64,000 bases of DNA, taken from NCBI GenBank assembly GCA_012295275.1, contig CM022678.1, forward strand, positions 12,400,001 to 12,464,000, written 5' to 3'. A model generated the notes under the pieces. It was not told the origin of the DNA, made no database searches, and worked only from the letters and a program-made list of their open reading frames with translations. Position 1 is the stretch's first letter. Each line of letters opens with the position of its first letter. This DNA comes from Chrysomallon squamiferum (taxonomy: Eukaryota; Animalia; Mollusca). Positions 13,412 through 28,070 of this stretch are shown here, piece by piece. Position numbers and translations under genes: made by a program.

Positions 13412-14866
13412 GTCAGTTTTAATAAATACTGTTAATTTTTATTGCAGTATTATTTAAAACTATAGGGGATTATTTAATTTTTATGACTGCGAACTTCATG
13501 ACTGAGAAATCAAATCTGAAAATTATATATATATATATATATATGACCAAGGAACAAATTTTTAAATAAATGTAGAACTGTCAAACTGATTTTGTTGTAT
13601 GTGGAAAAGTCCGTGTTTTATTTTTTTCCAAATATTTATATAATCAAATGTTCAAAATATATCTAAATTATGTAATAGTATGTTATATTGCAGCCAGTGC
13701 TGCTACACGTATGATGAGATTTAGTTTTTAACTTTAAAACTTAATAAACTTCAACAGATTTATCAAAGCTGACAGGTAGTTATCATTCAGTTTATTATTT
13801 TAAAAACCAAAATACTTGTTTATTTACACATTTTCTTCTTCTTCTTCTTCTTCTTATTATTATTTATTATCAGAAACATAAAATGAATTTTTCAACTATC
13901 AAATAAAAGATCTCAATCAAAACAAAGAAAATATTAGAACTCAGTCCACTGCAGTTTTTACAGTTACAACAGATTTCAAATAAATACAATGTTTACAATC
14001 ATAGATTTGTAGAGAAATTCTTGAGAACTCACAGAAAGCAAATGGTTTATCTAAAAATAATAACATAACATGAAATAAACTTTAACTGCTTATAGAACAT
14101 GATCCACAGTAAGACGAATCATCAGTCCAAATTTGTGATCCATGCTTACATCAATTCTTCCATCCACTGTTATCTACAGATTCAATAACTGATCCAGTGG
14201 ATCACAGGCATAACACAGCAGAACAAAATATTGTTGAAAACTATTATTCTTTTTAAAACTAAAATTTTATTAAGATTTATTGTGAAATTAATTAACTCCA
14301 AGATAAATTATCCAGAAATAAGTTAATCAGTATTACAAAAATAAAAAAAATAAAAAATAAAATAGTATAAAATAAATTAAAGAAAGCAAATATTTGGGAA
14401 TATAGCTGTAATAGAAAGTAAATAATAATAAATATCTGGTCTTTTCAATATAATAGCTATTGAAACAGCCCTATTAGTTTGTTTATTTATTTATTTATCA
14501 TATTTAAAACAAGAAAAATTAACTTTATAAATATTTAAAGTAAAAATAGTTCTCACACGAACCTAATTTTATTAACTATTTATCAAGTTATTACTCTGTT
14601 TGTTTCTCACAAAAATAATTACATAATTTGTACAAATTAATTGTGGTTTGAGACCAACATGGGGTTTCCTGTCTATTGCCGCAGATCGTCAGATCATCTC
14701 AGGTATGTGTTTACAATTAACCCAGATTCTGCAAATTAGGACAGTTTTAATGTATTCATTTCTGAGCTAAAAATGAAATTAAGAAAAATAACCATAATAA
14801 TTATAAATAAATAACTGCTATAATAATTTTAAAAAATCACGAAAATAGAAAAAGAAATGTTATAAA

Positions 14867-14949
<83 letters not shown>

Positions 14950-15119
14950 AATAAATAAATAAATAAAATAAGTTAAATTATTATTATTTTTTTTTAAATA
15001 CGATTACAAGGACCCATATCTATTTTGAAAAACAAGCAAAAAGAAGATAAAAACAAAACAAAACAATAAAAATAAAAATAACAACAAAACAAACAATACA
15101 AAACAACAATAATTCTTCA

Positions 15120-15320
15120 GCGCAATATATATTCAGGACTCGATAATCTCCGTGTATTCGGCCGGGATAATCCGAATGGTCACGATCAGTTTTACGATGC
15201 TGGGTCAGCGAGTCTCGCGGTTTTGTTTATCAAGACTACAGTTACTATATGCATATCCGGTCTATAAAATGAGTGTTTATAAACATAGAGCCTTAGACTT
15301 AGAGGTGTTCGAAAATTAAG
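15120..15320 (+). promoter_or_regulatory. Orphan CpG-rich promoter-like segment with TATA box and short first exon
   Basis: CpG cluster at 15120-15260, TATAAAA at 15263 and donor AAG|GTAAAG at 15320. No clear downstream CDS. Confidence 0.3.
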
Positions 15321-18300
15321 GTAAAGTCGCATGTGAAGTTGTTTTTTTTTACTTATTATTTTTCAGTTTGTTATGAGTCTGATGATTATTATTATTTTTG
15401 TTGTTATTGTTGTTGTTGCTCTTGTTGTTGTTACCATTTTTGGATCAGTTTATTTATTTGAGAACAATAACAATAACAGCTAATGAACATTAACTGTAAT
15501 AATTGTATCTACGTAAATAAACACATACATACTGACAAAATACCCTCATATACATACATACACATATGTATTTACCCAGATGTACATGCATACCACTGCA
15601 TTCGGATTATTCTCATTGTGCAGTCTAAACGTAACAAGCCAGAATATTGATTCCTATATAAATACATATACGCAAATATATCTATAGCAATATTTACACA
15701 CAAATGTTCATACACAGATAGGAGGCGCGTACACGCACACGCACACACGTGTATTAAACTACTGTTTTAATGTTTGCTTTTCTTCTTATTATTGTCCTAC
15801 TTCATTATTAGTACTACTACTAATACCACCACTACCAATATTATTATTATTATTATTATTAATGACATTGTTAAACAGATATACAGATATCATATAAGGA
15901 TAAACACACACACACACACAAAAGAAAAAAACGATATATTCCTAGATATATACAGAAATGTATACGTAATAGATATACAGACACAAAAGATATACTTCTA
16001 TAGATTATTTTTTATCTGAAAAATCTAAAACAAAAATACCACCAAACTCCTTTTTAGTCACCCTGGTTATTGATCGTGGAATTGTAACAAGAGATGAAAT
16101 ATATTTCCCAATAATTTACAATTGCCGCAACGTTGATGTTGGTAAAATTATGAGCAATATTTTAACTTACAGACTGCTATGAAAAATCCACTAACAGCTC
16201 GTCCCGTCAAAGCTTATAGAAAAATACATTTTAGTCTCTACACCATTTTTGGAATAATACGGGGTTTATGAGTTCATGACTGAACTTAGATAATCAGACG
16301 CACATAAGTCAGAGAAATTTCATTGCTTTAATTCACACATACAAAATGGAATTAAGTTTTGGTTTGTTTACCATCCCCAAATGCTGAACATAAACAGTTG
16401 GAAATATGTTAGATTGGGAAATAAATTTAATTTCGTGACAGAGAATAATAACATTTACTTATTTTGATTTATTACACAGTTTGTGTTTATGTTAATTTAT
16501 ATTATTTCCTATAACCTATTTTCTTTACTTTTTTATTATTATTATTATTATTATAATATGACGTTGATAGAATGAACATAGTTGATCTCTCTCCTGATCG
16601 AGCTAACTCAATCATGCACAATAAAAACACATCAGTGTGGCCCTCCAGTTTGGTTTCCAGTTTAATATCTAGTAACTTTGTAAATCTAGCACAACACATA
16701 CACACATGCACGCATGCTCGCAATCACACACATACTAAAACAGACACAATAATGTTGTTAATAGGTTTTTAACAAGATTTATATTATCTATATGATCATG
16801 ATACTTTTGGTGGGATCTGTAGTGCTGTATTTAACCTGTCAGGACATCTGACCTTTGACCGCGCACAGTGATGAATGACCAATGCACTGTTTTAATGCTT
16901 TAGGTGAGGTAGAAATATGGTCACTCGTATGACACAGTATGTATAATCCGCACTGCATGCTTTATCTTCTAGCCGACTTTTGATGTCTCATTTAAAGTGT
17001 GCCAGCCACAGGCCCACAACTTGAGGCTTGTTTGCTTCAGCTTTTGGTTTGAGGTTTGGTTTGAGTGTTATTTGAGTGTTAGCTTGTATTGAAGAACTTT
17101 TTCAATCCTCACAGTTTAGTTAAAAACAATGTAACAAAAAAAAATAAAAAAATTGAAACACGCTTTAAGATGTTTATAAACAGATAACTGTCTGTTCACA
17201 GCAACAAGGTAAGGCTATCAGTATCACAGCCAATATTCAAGTGTAAAAAGCAAATACAAGAAATCGTGAAACAAAATTTACGAAAAGAAAAGAAACAGAA
17301 TTATGCATAATATTATGGATAACACCATACAAATTGTATTTGACACAAGCAATTATTATTATTTTTTTTAATATGATTCGTTAAATGATTATAAATATAT
17401 GTAACAAAAATTTCAAAATTACTGGTTGTAAATCATAATGAAAATCAAATGAAATTAAGTGAAATGTATATATATATTATATATATTTAAATGCAATACA
17501 AACAATAAGTGGAATCAGAGTGAATTCATATGAAAATTGAGACAGAAAAAGTACATTTTTAATCAATTAAATGCTGTGAAAATGCTTTATGAATGAAAAT
17601 GTGGTGAGAAAAAATAGGGATGGACAAATCAGGATAGGGGAATAACCTACGATGATGATATATCTCACATTTGTACATGTAAGGAAAAATAAATTAAAAT
17701 AATGATAAAATAAATAAAATTAAATATATATATATATATATAAAAATTAAAAATTAAATTAAAAATATTGTGAAACCGCTTTCATTCTATAATATTAACA
17801 TCACTAAAATTAAAAAATAATAATAATTAAAAAAATAAAGAAACAAAAAAAAGGAAAAAAGAATTTTATTAAAAATATTAATCTATGCAGTTATGCAGTC
17901 TATAATAAAGCATAAAACAAACAAGTGTAATATTAGATTTAACTATTACTTTTCTACTAATTATTATTTATTTTATATTCTATTTTTATTTTAAAGAGGT
18001 ATTTTTTCTTATTATATTTTAAAATTTAAAAACAAAATTAATAATCATTATTATTACAATGATGAAGATAGGAATAGTATTTTACAATTGTGCATTCAAA
18101 TATAATAAATAAATAAATATAATAATAAAAATATCATTTTATAATTGTTATTAACTTTTATTCAAAATTAAGAGAATGTTTATTTAACACAGAAAATCAG
18201 TTTTCAGTGACTAAGAAATTAACATTGTTAAAAACAACAAAAAAGAAACAAAAACAAACCCTATTTTTAAACAGATATTTATTAATTAATTCATTCATTC

Positions 18301-18481
18301 ATGTAAAAGATCATTTTTTTAATAGTTGAATGAATGCTTGGTATCATTCTTAAACTAACAATGAGAAAAGCTACATCTGTTCTTGTTATTTTAATTGTGA
18401 CCAAATTTGATAAAATTATAAGGTATTTTATTTTCATTTGTGTCAGAATATAATAAAGTTATAAAAATATTTTATGTTCAG

Positions 18482-19229
18482 TTGTGACAGTGCTGCAGTG
18501 AACAGTTCGTGTGAACAGGGCTGCAGGGTGCATGACACAGTGGAGCAGTGTTTGTGTAGAAATGTTTACCTTGAATTCAGACAAAACATGCTCAGGTGAG
18601 TCAGTTCTATCTGGTTCTCAGGTTAAATTGTTCACTTCAAGCATTCTTAGTTTATTCATATTTTGAGTTTAAAGTGTTATCTCTTTCAATCTGAATGGCC
18701 AGCATTTCTAACATTATTATTATTTTTTTTTTTTCAGTTATTTTTTCGCTGAATGATGTTATGCTCTTTATATATTCAGGAATTCAGTTTGTAGCTTGGG
18801 ACTGCATTAGCAGCTTTTGTGCTATTCAAATAGTTACATTAAACGTTTCATTTCTGGAATTAAGAAAACATTTCAAAGCAGTTAATAGTGTTTAAGAAAC
18901 TTATCAGAATTTATGAATAATTTTAATTTTTATTAATAATAGTTATATCTGTATAACTTAAACTTGACTAATTTTATAAACTGCTCAAAACCTCTCAGAA
19001 TCTATGAATTTTAAATTTCAGTTAATCCATATATTTCTTATAAATAATTTGTGGGTAAATGATATTTGAGTAATTTCAGAAACTTGTCAAAAGTTTAATT
19101 GTTGTTAATGAGTGAGATATGATTTATCTGTTTCTCTCTTTCAGATACAAATGAATGTATTGAAAAATATTATCACAGGTACCTGTATGGATGTTTATAA
19201 ATGGGAAACTGACAAAATTATTTGTAGAG
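18482..19229 (+). pseudogene. Two decayed EGF/cbEGF exons (fibrillin- or mucin-like EGF-repeat gene fragment)
   Basis: 18482-18595 reads CDSAAVNSSCEQGCRVHDTVEQCLCRN/(frameshift)TLNSDKTCS. 19145-19229 reads DTNEC.../GTCMDVYKWETDKIICR (cbEGF start with internal deletion). Splice sites are canonical. Confidence 0.7.
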
Positions 19230-19334
19230 GTATATATAAATATTAATATCACACACATATCAACACATGCAGATGCAAAGATTCACACACATTAAAACAC
19301 ACAAACACAAACCTCCATATACATACATAAACAG

Positions 19335-19620
19335 TGAATTGAATCAAATTAAATCAGTGAAATGAAATTAAATGAAATGAATAAAATGCTGTGCAGAGAA
19401 ATACAATGAAATACAGTAAATGAAATGAAATGAAATAATAATAAAATAAATGAAATGAAATAAAATACAATGAAATACAGTAAATGAACTGTACAAACGT
19501 AACTGAAATAAATTAAATTAACTAATGATAAAATACATAAAAATTAATGAAATAAAATTAAATAAAATACAATAAAATGATTCACAGTGAAATGAAATGA
19601 AATAAATGCAATACAATGCT
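19335..19620. repeat. Degenerate (TGAAA/TAAAA)n pentamer array
   Basis: Runs of ATGAA and ATAAA units read directly. Confidence 0.7.
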
Positions 19621-21013
19621 AATTTAATTTGAATTTATCTGCGGAATAAATGGCTTTTTAACATTAAGTAAAAAAATCATGAAAATAATTAAATCACAAC
19701 CCATCCTATTTGAATCATATCAACCTTCATTTTACATGGTAAATTGTATAATATTGTTTATACAAGTCTTAATATTATTTTAATTTTAATAATAATGTTG
19801 TTGTTTTTTTGTGGGTTTTTTCAGGTTTCTTTATAATAAGCTTGTTTTGAGAATGAAAGAAAAGATGAGAAGTGACATTGATTCTAAGTGACTTGTTGTG
19901 TTTATCTCCAAGTTCGTCAAGTTTTCTCACTGTACTGAACAAACTAAACAGAAGAAACAGCAGAAGATAAAACCACAACAAATATGAAGAACTGAACACT
20001 TGAAGAATATTGAGAATTTCTAGAAAGTTCCACATCAAAAGAATAATTCAGAAACAGTTACTTGTTAAGTGGACATTACTTACTGAATTATTTATAATTA
20101 TTATGTTTTTCTTCAAATTCATTTATTAACCAGGACAGAATGTGTGGACCAGACAGTCAAGTTTGTTGAGGCTTTTTACTAGTATTATCTTTTCATATGA
20201 AAAAGTTGTTTTTTCTTACTGATTACTTTCCAGTTCAAATAAAGTAAATTTTTTATTTTTCCAAATATCTTGTTATTTTTTTATTTTCTGTTTTTTATCA
20301 TTACATATTTTTGTTTTGCAGTGATTCTCAGCACTTTTTTTCAAACATTTTAAATTATTTTTAATTTTAAAGTTCATCAGACTTTATTAGAAACAGCTTC
20401 TTTTTCAATGAAAAAGTTGTTTTGTTCAAATAAATATTTCCAGTTATTTTGGTTTCTATTTTTATTTTTTTAGTGGCGTATATTTTTATTTATATAGTTT
20501 TGAAATAATAGTAGAAGTAATAGATGTAACTGTGGAAGTAGTGATGCAGATAATGTTACACTGGTCATAGCTGAAATAATAGAAGCAAAGTAATAGATGA
20601 AATAGTAGTAGTAGTAGTAATAGAAATAATTGTAGTAATAATAGTAAGAGGTAATACAAATAACAATACCATAAGTAATTCAGTGAGTACTGTAATAATA
20701 AAGGTAGCATTTTTTTTTTTTTTTTTTTGATATGTACATATTCAGTGAATACTGTAAACACTTTGCATAGAGATATATAATGTGGGTGTTTTCTGTTGCA
20801 GAATATAATGAGCAGTACATTTCATATTTGTTTCATTTCTGTGTGTGTGTGTGTTATAAGTAGATATAGGTATGTTTTAACACTGTGTTATAAATAGATT
20901 ATAAGGATGTTTTAGCATTATAATGGAGTTAGAACATTGCAGTAGATGTAAGTTCTATTTGAGGATCAAATCAGGATAGAAAATCATATTTTTTAAGAAA
21001 ATGAGTTTGAATA

Positions 21014-21045
<32 letters not shown>

Positions 21046-21203
21046 AAGAGAGAGAGAGAGATAAATCGTTAAAGTCTAAGACATTATCTTGTTTCAAAAT
21101 AATTATCTCTCAATTACATTCAACAACAATAAAAAGTCTGGTGAAGGATTGGCTAAGGGTAGGTTTACAGTTAGATTTAAGATTTACTATGATTTATAAA
21201 CAA

Positions 21204-21234
<31 letters not shown>

Positions 21235-21350
21235 TACTTATTTTTTGACATATAAAATCTAGGACTGAAAACATATGACATTTTCTCAGTCGTATCAAAA
21301 TAATTTTAGAATGTCCGATATAGAGGAGGGGAGATAATCGAAAATATATC

Positions 21351-22662
21351 AGGTAAAGGAAATAATCACCATAATTATGGGGTTAGGTTCAAACATCGAA
21401 AATCTAAAACAAAACGAGAATTTTATGGTAGCAGATATTCAAGGTTGTCTTTGTTATAAGATTAAAAACGGATATCTATGAAACTGTTTTCAGTAGATAC
21501 ATTTCTCTTCTATTTACTAGCTATAGATATCTTAATATTAAAAGTAATAATGTTTATATGTATATAACCTTAACATTGTGAAGTCTATATATAAAACAGT
21601 GACAATATAAAGCAACTATAAACGCTAGAAAAAACTAGTAATTATAATTATAATAGTAATGTTAGTAATTATAATAAGTAAATAAACTGCGGGTTTTAAA
21701 CTTTGAGAATTCAGATAATTACCTATGACGAGTTTTGGGTAACAAATTGTTTTTAGAATTTTTCATTCTAGGCTGGTTTCTCTTGCTCTTTGAGTTCGAT
21801 ATTTTCATTGACATCTTCAGTAATTTAATAACTTGTAATCTTTGCACAACCCGGCGAACCCTTTTATGAAATAGAGGTCACTGGACCTCGAAAGTTTGGC
21901 CTTGTTTGGATATGCGTTTGACATGGGTTAGGTTTAGATGTGTTCTCACTTGTTGAAATTTTTTGCAGGTGTAACCTTTGTTATTAAAGGCGTATATGTT
22001 TAACACACGAGCTCGTCAGGATTGTCACGCGGTGGTTCTAAGTCATGTGATCAGCTGATTGTTGTCGTTCAGCCAGGATAGAAAAATATTTCTTATCAAT
22101 ATCAGATGCGTACTGAGTTAAATTCTGGTTGCGTGCGCTTACTGTTGTGTACTGAGAGCCGGCGCCAGACTGTCTGGCGTCCAGGCAAGGTTAGATTCGG
22201 TCACCCCCAGGAACATATCCATTTCAAACTTTTAAAACATTTATTTTCAACATCCTATGCGATCTCTAGAGGTAAGATTTTTCTGTCACGGACATTTAAA
22301 TATCCCACACAGTGTGAATTAAATTTCCAAATTACACTTCTTCTTCGGGTATATTTGTCATAATGTATCATTTTTAACAAACTTATTTCTGATAACTTTT
22401 AATAAACATTACTAGAGATAATGTACTACTTTTAATAAACGTGACACTCAAAAGATTTGCACCTAAATTAACCTGACATTGTCAAACAATTAAGAACTGT
22501 TCTCTCGTTCAGGCATGGAAACAAAGAGTATATGTTCAGATTTGTCAACTAATGAAATATACTATAATATACTGAATTAATTAGTTTAAAAACCATATGT
22601 GTGTGTGTTAACAATACTAAACAAAAGTATCTAATACAGAGAGGGAAAATATTATTATTATG

Positions 22663-22742
<80 letters not shown>

Positions 22743-23107
22743 CTTTTAAATTAACAAAGAAAGTTATGTACTACTACTGCTACTACTACTACTACTACTA
22801 CTACTACTATTACTACTACTACTAATAATAATAAGGCCACTCTGTAAACTAATTAAACTTATTCTATAATCACATATTAAGCTATGCGTTATAAAGCATG
22901 GAATAAACAGACAGGGTAAACTCATTTTTGATCTGTATGAAAGGTTTGACCTATCCACTATTGCTGGGTTTCACTGATACAACACTTTAGATGGCCATGA
23001 TCACAACTAGTTGCTTTTTGGTGCAGTATTATTATTATTATTTTATATCAGCGAAAACCAGTGCTTCACGACCGGTATACCAAAGAACGTAGTTAAACAA
23101 ATACACA

Positions 23108-23158
<51 letters not shown>

Positions 23159-23161
23159 TTA

Positions 23162-23204
<43 letters not shown>

Positions 23205-24849
23205 TGATCGTAAAAAAACATTCTGCTAATTGTCACAGGGTCAGGTTTCCAACAAGAGAATTAAAGCATGCAAAAAATGAATAAAGACAAAAAACAAAGA
23301 AAAACAAAAAAAACAAAAAACACGTGCTTCATGGCAAGTGATGAGTACACTCGGTGCATGTTGTCTCAGTGGTCGAGTGATGTTGTCTCAGTGGTCGAGT
23401 GATGTCGTCGTCTGTCTAAGAAGTGCGGGGGAATGGATGTCGTACTTTCCAATCTCGTCAGCGACATCAGGCTTTGTGAGTGGACTTCTGTGCTAGTGCG
23501 TTCCAGATTAGAATCAGACATAGCGTATTCATTCCTAAATGTATACATACATGCATACACATACTCATACAGGTCAGATACACATACACAGATTTAGAAA
23601 TGTATTTTATTGTTCTTATTTTTGTTTACACCCATGAACTCTTTTGTATATAGTTATAAAATGTATCATGTATGTTAAAACAGTGTCGCTTACCTGAAAC
23701 TAAAAAAAAAAAAAAAAATGAAAAAGAGAAAAACTAGTAATAGTAATTTTCTACTACCGAAATTTAACACGGACTAATTAAATGTATATCGACATAATCA
23801 GATTCAAAGAGATGTTGTCCAGATGCTGACTTTAACCATTTTGGGAAAGTAGTTACAGAACCAGAAAATATAGCTTTAAACCCAAAAATAAACTCTAAAG
23901 ACCATAATCCGTCCACTTGTACAAAACTGTTAAGAAATAAGCTCTATTCGTAAAAAGTCTCCAAAAAGTAAATTATTTTTTGTAGAAATAAATTTTTCAA
24001 ATAAACTTTCCGCTAGTCAAGAATTATGTCTAAACACAAATTAATTTGGCCGCTGAAACTTTGAGAGATGAACTTTGTACCTGTGTTCCCAAACAATGAG
24101 TTTGAAGTAATCCATTGGATATACTTAACCTGGTTACGTATCTTAAACGTAAACTAAATTAAGGTAAAGGAAATATCCACCATAATACAGAGTTAGGTTC
24201 AAACATCGAAAATCTAAAACAAAACGAGAATTTTATGGTAGCGGATATTTAAGACTGTCTTTGTTATAACGTTAAAAACGGATATCTATGAAACTGTTTT
24301 TCAATAGATACATTTCTCTTCTCTATACTAGGCATAGATAATCTTAATAAAGTAATAATGTTTATATGTATATAATCTTTTTATTATTATTATTATTAAG
24401 ATTGTAAAGTCTATATATATCATAGAAATATAAATGAACTATAAACAAGAAACAAGTTGTGTGTGTGTGTTTTTTTTTTAGTAATTATAATAAGCAAATA
24501 AACTGCGGTTTTTTTATATAACAAACATACAAAGTTTTAAAATTTAAGAACTGAGACAAAATAGCTATGTCGGGATTTGATTAAGAAACAAATTTTTAAA
24601 ATATGTCAGTCAAGGCTGGCTTTTCTTGCTCTTTGAATTCGATGTTCATTGACATCTGCAGTAATCTAATAATTTGTAATCTTTGCACAGTCCGGTGGGC
24701 CCTTTTATGAAATGGAGGTCTTGTTTTCGTAAGAGTTTGACAGCGGGTTAAGGTTAGATTTTTTCTGACGTGTTGAGAAATTTTGCAGTGTAATCTGTAT
24801 CATTGAGCACTTTAGGCATAGACACCACCACAACAACAACAACAACTAC

Positions 24850-24910
<61 letters not shown>

Positions 24911-25840
24911 GCAATGATAACAAATATTATTATTATAAATTTTCACAAAAGCTGATCTTTTACAAGACTTTTTTTTTTTTTGTTTTTCTTTTGTTTTTTT
25001 GAGGAAACCCACATTCCTCTGTAGTCGATACCCAGCATTAAATTCGATACCTCAGTTTTAAATTAAACAAGATTTATTTGTGATGACGTAGCATTTTACC
25101 CGTGTCACGTGGTGGTTCTGAGTCATGTGATCAGCTGATTGTTGTCGTTCAGCCAGGATAGAAAACACATTTCCTACAAGTATCAGGTCCGTACCCGAGT
25201 TAAATCATAGATGTGGGCTTACTGTTGTGTATTATATGTCATTTCACCACTAATTATTAATGTTTCTAAAGTAATAACATTCAGGATATATGAATGATAA
25301 TAATCACAAACAAAGAGGTTTGACACGAACTGAATAAACATCATCTGCTAACGTATGTTTCTATTTTATCTTGCGAAAAAAATAACACATGGAAAATAAT
25401 AATAAATAAAATAAAATAAAATAAAATAAATAAATAAATAAATAAAATAGCTACTAATATAAATAAATAAATGATTAAATAGCTACTAATATAATAATTA
25501 CTAATAAACGTTATAAAACAATAAATCTATTAAACACTTTTGTTATTTTACTATTTATTTATTTATTTATTTATTTATTTATAATTAAGGCCTCTACTAA
25601 TTAATTTTTGTTTATACATATACTGTCATAGAAAACAAAACATAATGCGTTTGTAACAAAAAACCAGAAAGTAGCGGCAAGATATGTTAAAATAGATTAC
25701 GTTTATTTCTGTGAATTTATTGACGAAGCTGTAGAGTACGAATCAGCTGTACATTATGACCACATTTTATATAATAATTAATATCGGGAAATCAATTTAA
25801 TTATACTGTCATAAAATAATAATTTTACTCAATGAGATTT

Positions 25841-25887
<47 letters not shown>

Positions 25888-26130
25888 ATATGCAAATGTA
25901 TGTCGGAGAGAGATTAGATTAATTACACTTATAAAAAAAATAAAAAAATTAGTATTATTTATAATTACAATTATGCGTGTAGTTTGCGTGTATTTGTGAT
26001 GTTACTTCATTTTTAATCATATCTCTTTGTATCAACTGAATGAACCTGACATTGTTAAACATTCAAGAACTCCTCTCTTTCACGCATATAAACAAAAGTA
26101 TCTTTAGATTAGTGAATTAATGAAATATAT
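21351..26130 (+). repeat. Tandem direct duplication: 21351-22560 and 24162-26130
   Basis: Shared GTTAGGTTCAAACATCGAAAATCTAAAACAAAACGAGAATTTTATGGTAGC, GTCATGTGATCAGCTGATTGTTGTCGTTCAGCCAGGATAGAAAA and ACCTGACATTGT.AAACA blocks occur in the same order. Confidence 0.9.
23329..23534 (-). pseudogene. Orphan terminal-exon-like segment disrupted by a 22-bp tandem duplication
   Basis: Acceptor TTTAG at 23535, then NEYAMSDSNLERTSTEVHSQSLMSLTRLESTTSIPPHFLDRRRHHSTTETT. The duplication ATGTTGTCTCAGTGGTCGAGTG x2 (23358-23401) shifts the frame. Confidence 0.35.
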
Positions 26131-26689
26131 TTAAAACCATATATATATATTTATTTTTTTTGTAAACTGATTTTGGATATATATCTATATATGTATGTTT
26201 ATTATTTATATATGTATGTATGTATGTTTATTATTTATTTTTGAATAAAATGAAATAAGGCTATATAATATAGAGAAGAAATATATATTATTATTATTTT
26301 ATCACTATTGTATATACGTGTCTAAAATCATATATTCACCTTGTAGGCTGTTTTTCATATATCCTACGAAAAAACCTGATACTGCCAGTTCACTATTCAA
26401 GCTTAAACACGATACAATTTTGGCGGTTAAATGTATTATCTTTCTCTGTCCAAATACAAGCCAGCTGCTATCTCCATTATTACTATATATGTTATAGGCT
26501 CTAACCACCATTTTATAAATATATTCAATACACAAACTATGTTAACGTAGTTGTTAATTTAAATCCTGTTTACTTTACCATAAGAATTAAACAATTTCAC
26601 GATTATTTTTTATCAGACGAAACAAAAGTTTAATAGAAAACTTCAAAGCTTCTACCTCTTCTTTACATGAACTGGTATCTTCCCCTCAC

Positions 26690-26776
26690 TAAGTGTCGTC
26701 TGTCAAAACCGGACTTCGCTACTGGAGGAGTATATTGACAGTGCAGACGCACAAGCGGATACTTTTTTTCAGCTAA
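26690..26776 (+). other. Probable non-coding first exon of the TRIM-like gene
   Basis: CpG-containing segment ending in a strong donor AA|GTAAGT at 26777. The coding-exon acceptor CACAG ends at 27501, two bases before the ATG. Confidence 0.5.
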
Positions 26777-26810
26777 GTAAGTCAAATTTATTATTATTAT
26801 TATTATTATT

Positions 26811-26858
<48 letters not shown>

Positions 26859-27438
26859 GGGTGGTGGTGGTGGTGGTGATGATGTTCAAAGATATTTTAA
26901 AATAACGTTTTCAAAGTCAATTCCACGATTACGTGTGAGGTATGTGATTTTCAAAGAACCGTAGTACGTCATATTGCAAGAAACGATTTCTTTTCTAGTG
27001 GTGTGCTAAATTAACTTGCAGCATTCATGGATACTCATATATGTTTAATTTGTTGGTGTTTTTTTGTGAATTTTTCTTTGCTTTCATACAATTTATTACA
27101 GACGACTTCTTTTATTTACAACAGACTGTCGTCTTCATTCTCAAATTAACAGTGACAGGGTTAAATTTAGCAAGTTCATAATGCACTTTTATTTTACGAA
27201 TAAGACTAAATAATTAAACAAACAGTTTATATAGTGTATTTATAAAACAGTGTTACATTCGCAGTTTATATATTTATCATTTCATTTTATTTATTTGTAT
27301 ATACCGTTGGTCGTATGAATTAAGTGGAATTAACATGTAATTTTTACCTCCAGTCAATTGTTTTCAAATATTTTTATTATTATTACTTAGTTATATTTTT
27401 CTTTCCCTGTATTTTCTCTTAGTCTTCCCTGATGTTGC

Positions 27439-27478
<40 letters not shown>

Positions 27479-27503
27479 GTTATTATTATTATTATTCACA
27501 GAT

Positions 27504-28039
27504 ATGGCAACAGCTTCAAACTCGGATGACAGTATTTCGTGTTGTCTGTGTTTGGGAATTTTCGACAAACCAAGAGGACTTTCATGTGGACATTCGTTCT
27601 GCTCTAAATGCCTGCAGAATTACATCAGCAAAAATTACAACAACAACGACACAGAAATCTCCTGCCCGTTCTGCAGGCAGAATGTCCACATCCCTGACAA
27701 CACGAAACCAGTGGAAACATGGGCAGCTCAGTTCTCTATAAACAAGTCACTAGTGGAAGCCATTAACAAAATAGAACATTTAACATTTTGTGAGTCAGCA
27801 GTGTTGCGTTTCGATTCATCATTACAATACAATAATTAAAAAAGAAAGAAAAAAAATACTGTGATCATTTAACTGAACATATTTGTTGTGTATTAACCAT
27901 CGCAGCATAAAAAAATAGAGGACATTTTATCAGTAACATTTTCAGCTCACATTTTACATTTAGTTGATAAAATAAATTCGATAACTGTTTACTCATGTCT
28001 TTATTAATAGTATTAGTACTAATTACTAATTCTATTATT

Positions 28040-28070
<31 letters not shown>

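Noticed and set aside
23358-23420. GTGGTCGAGTG resembling a tRNA/SINE A-box
   Set aside because: No B-box or cloverleaf. It is explained by a 22-bp tandem duplication.
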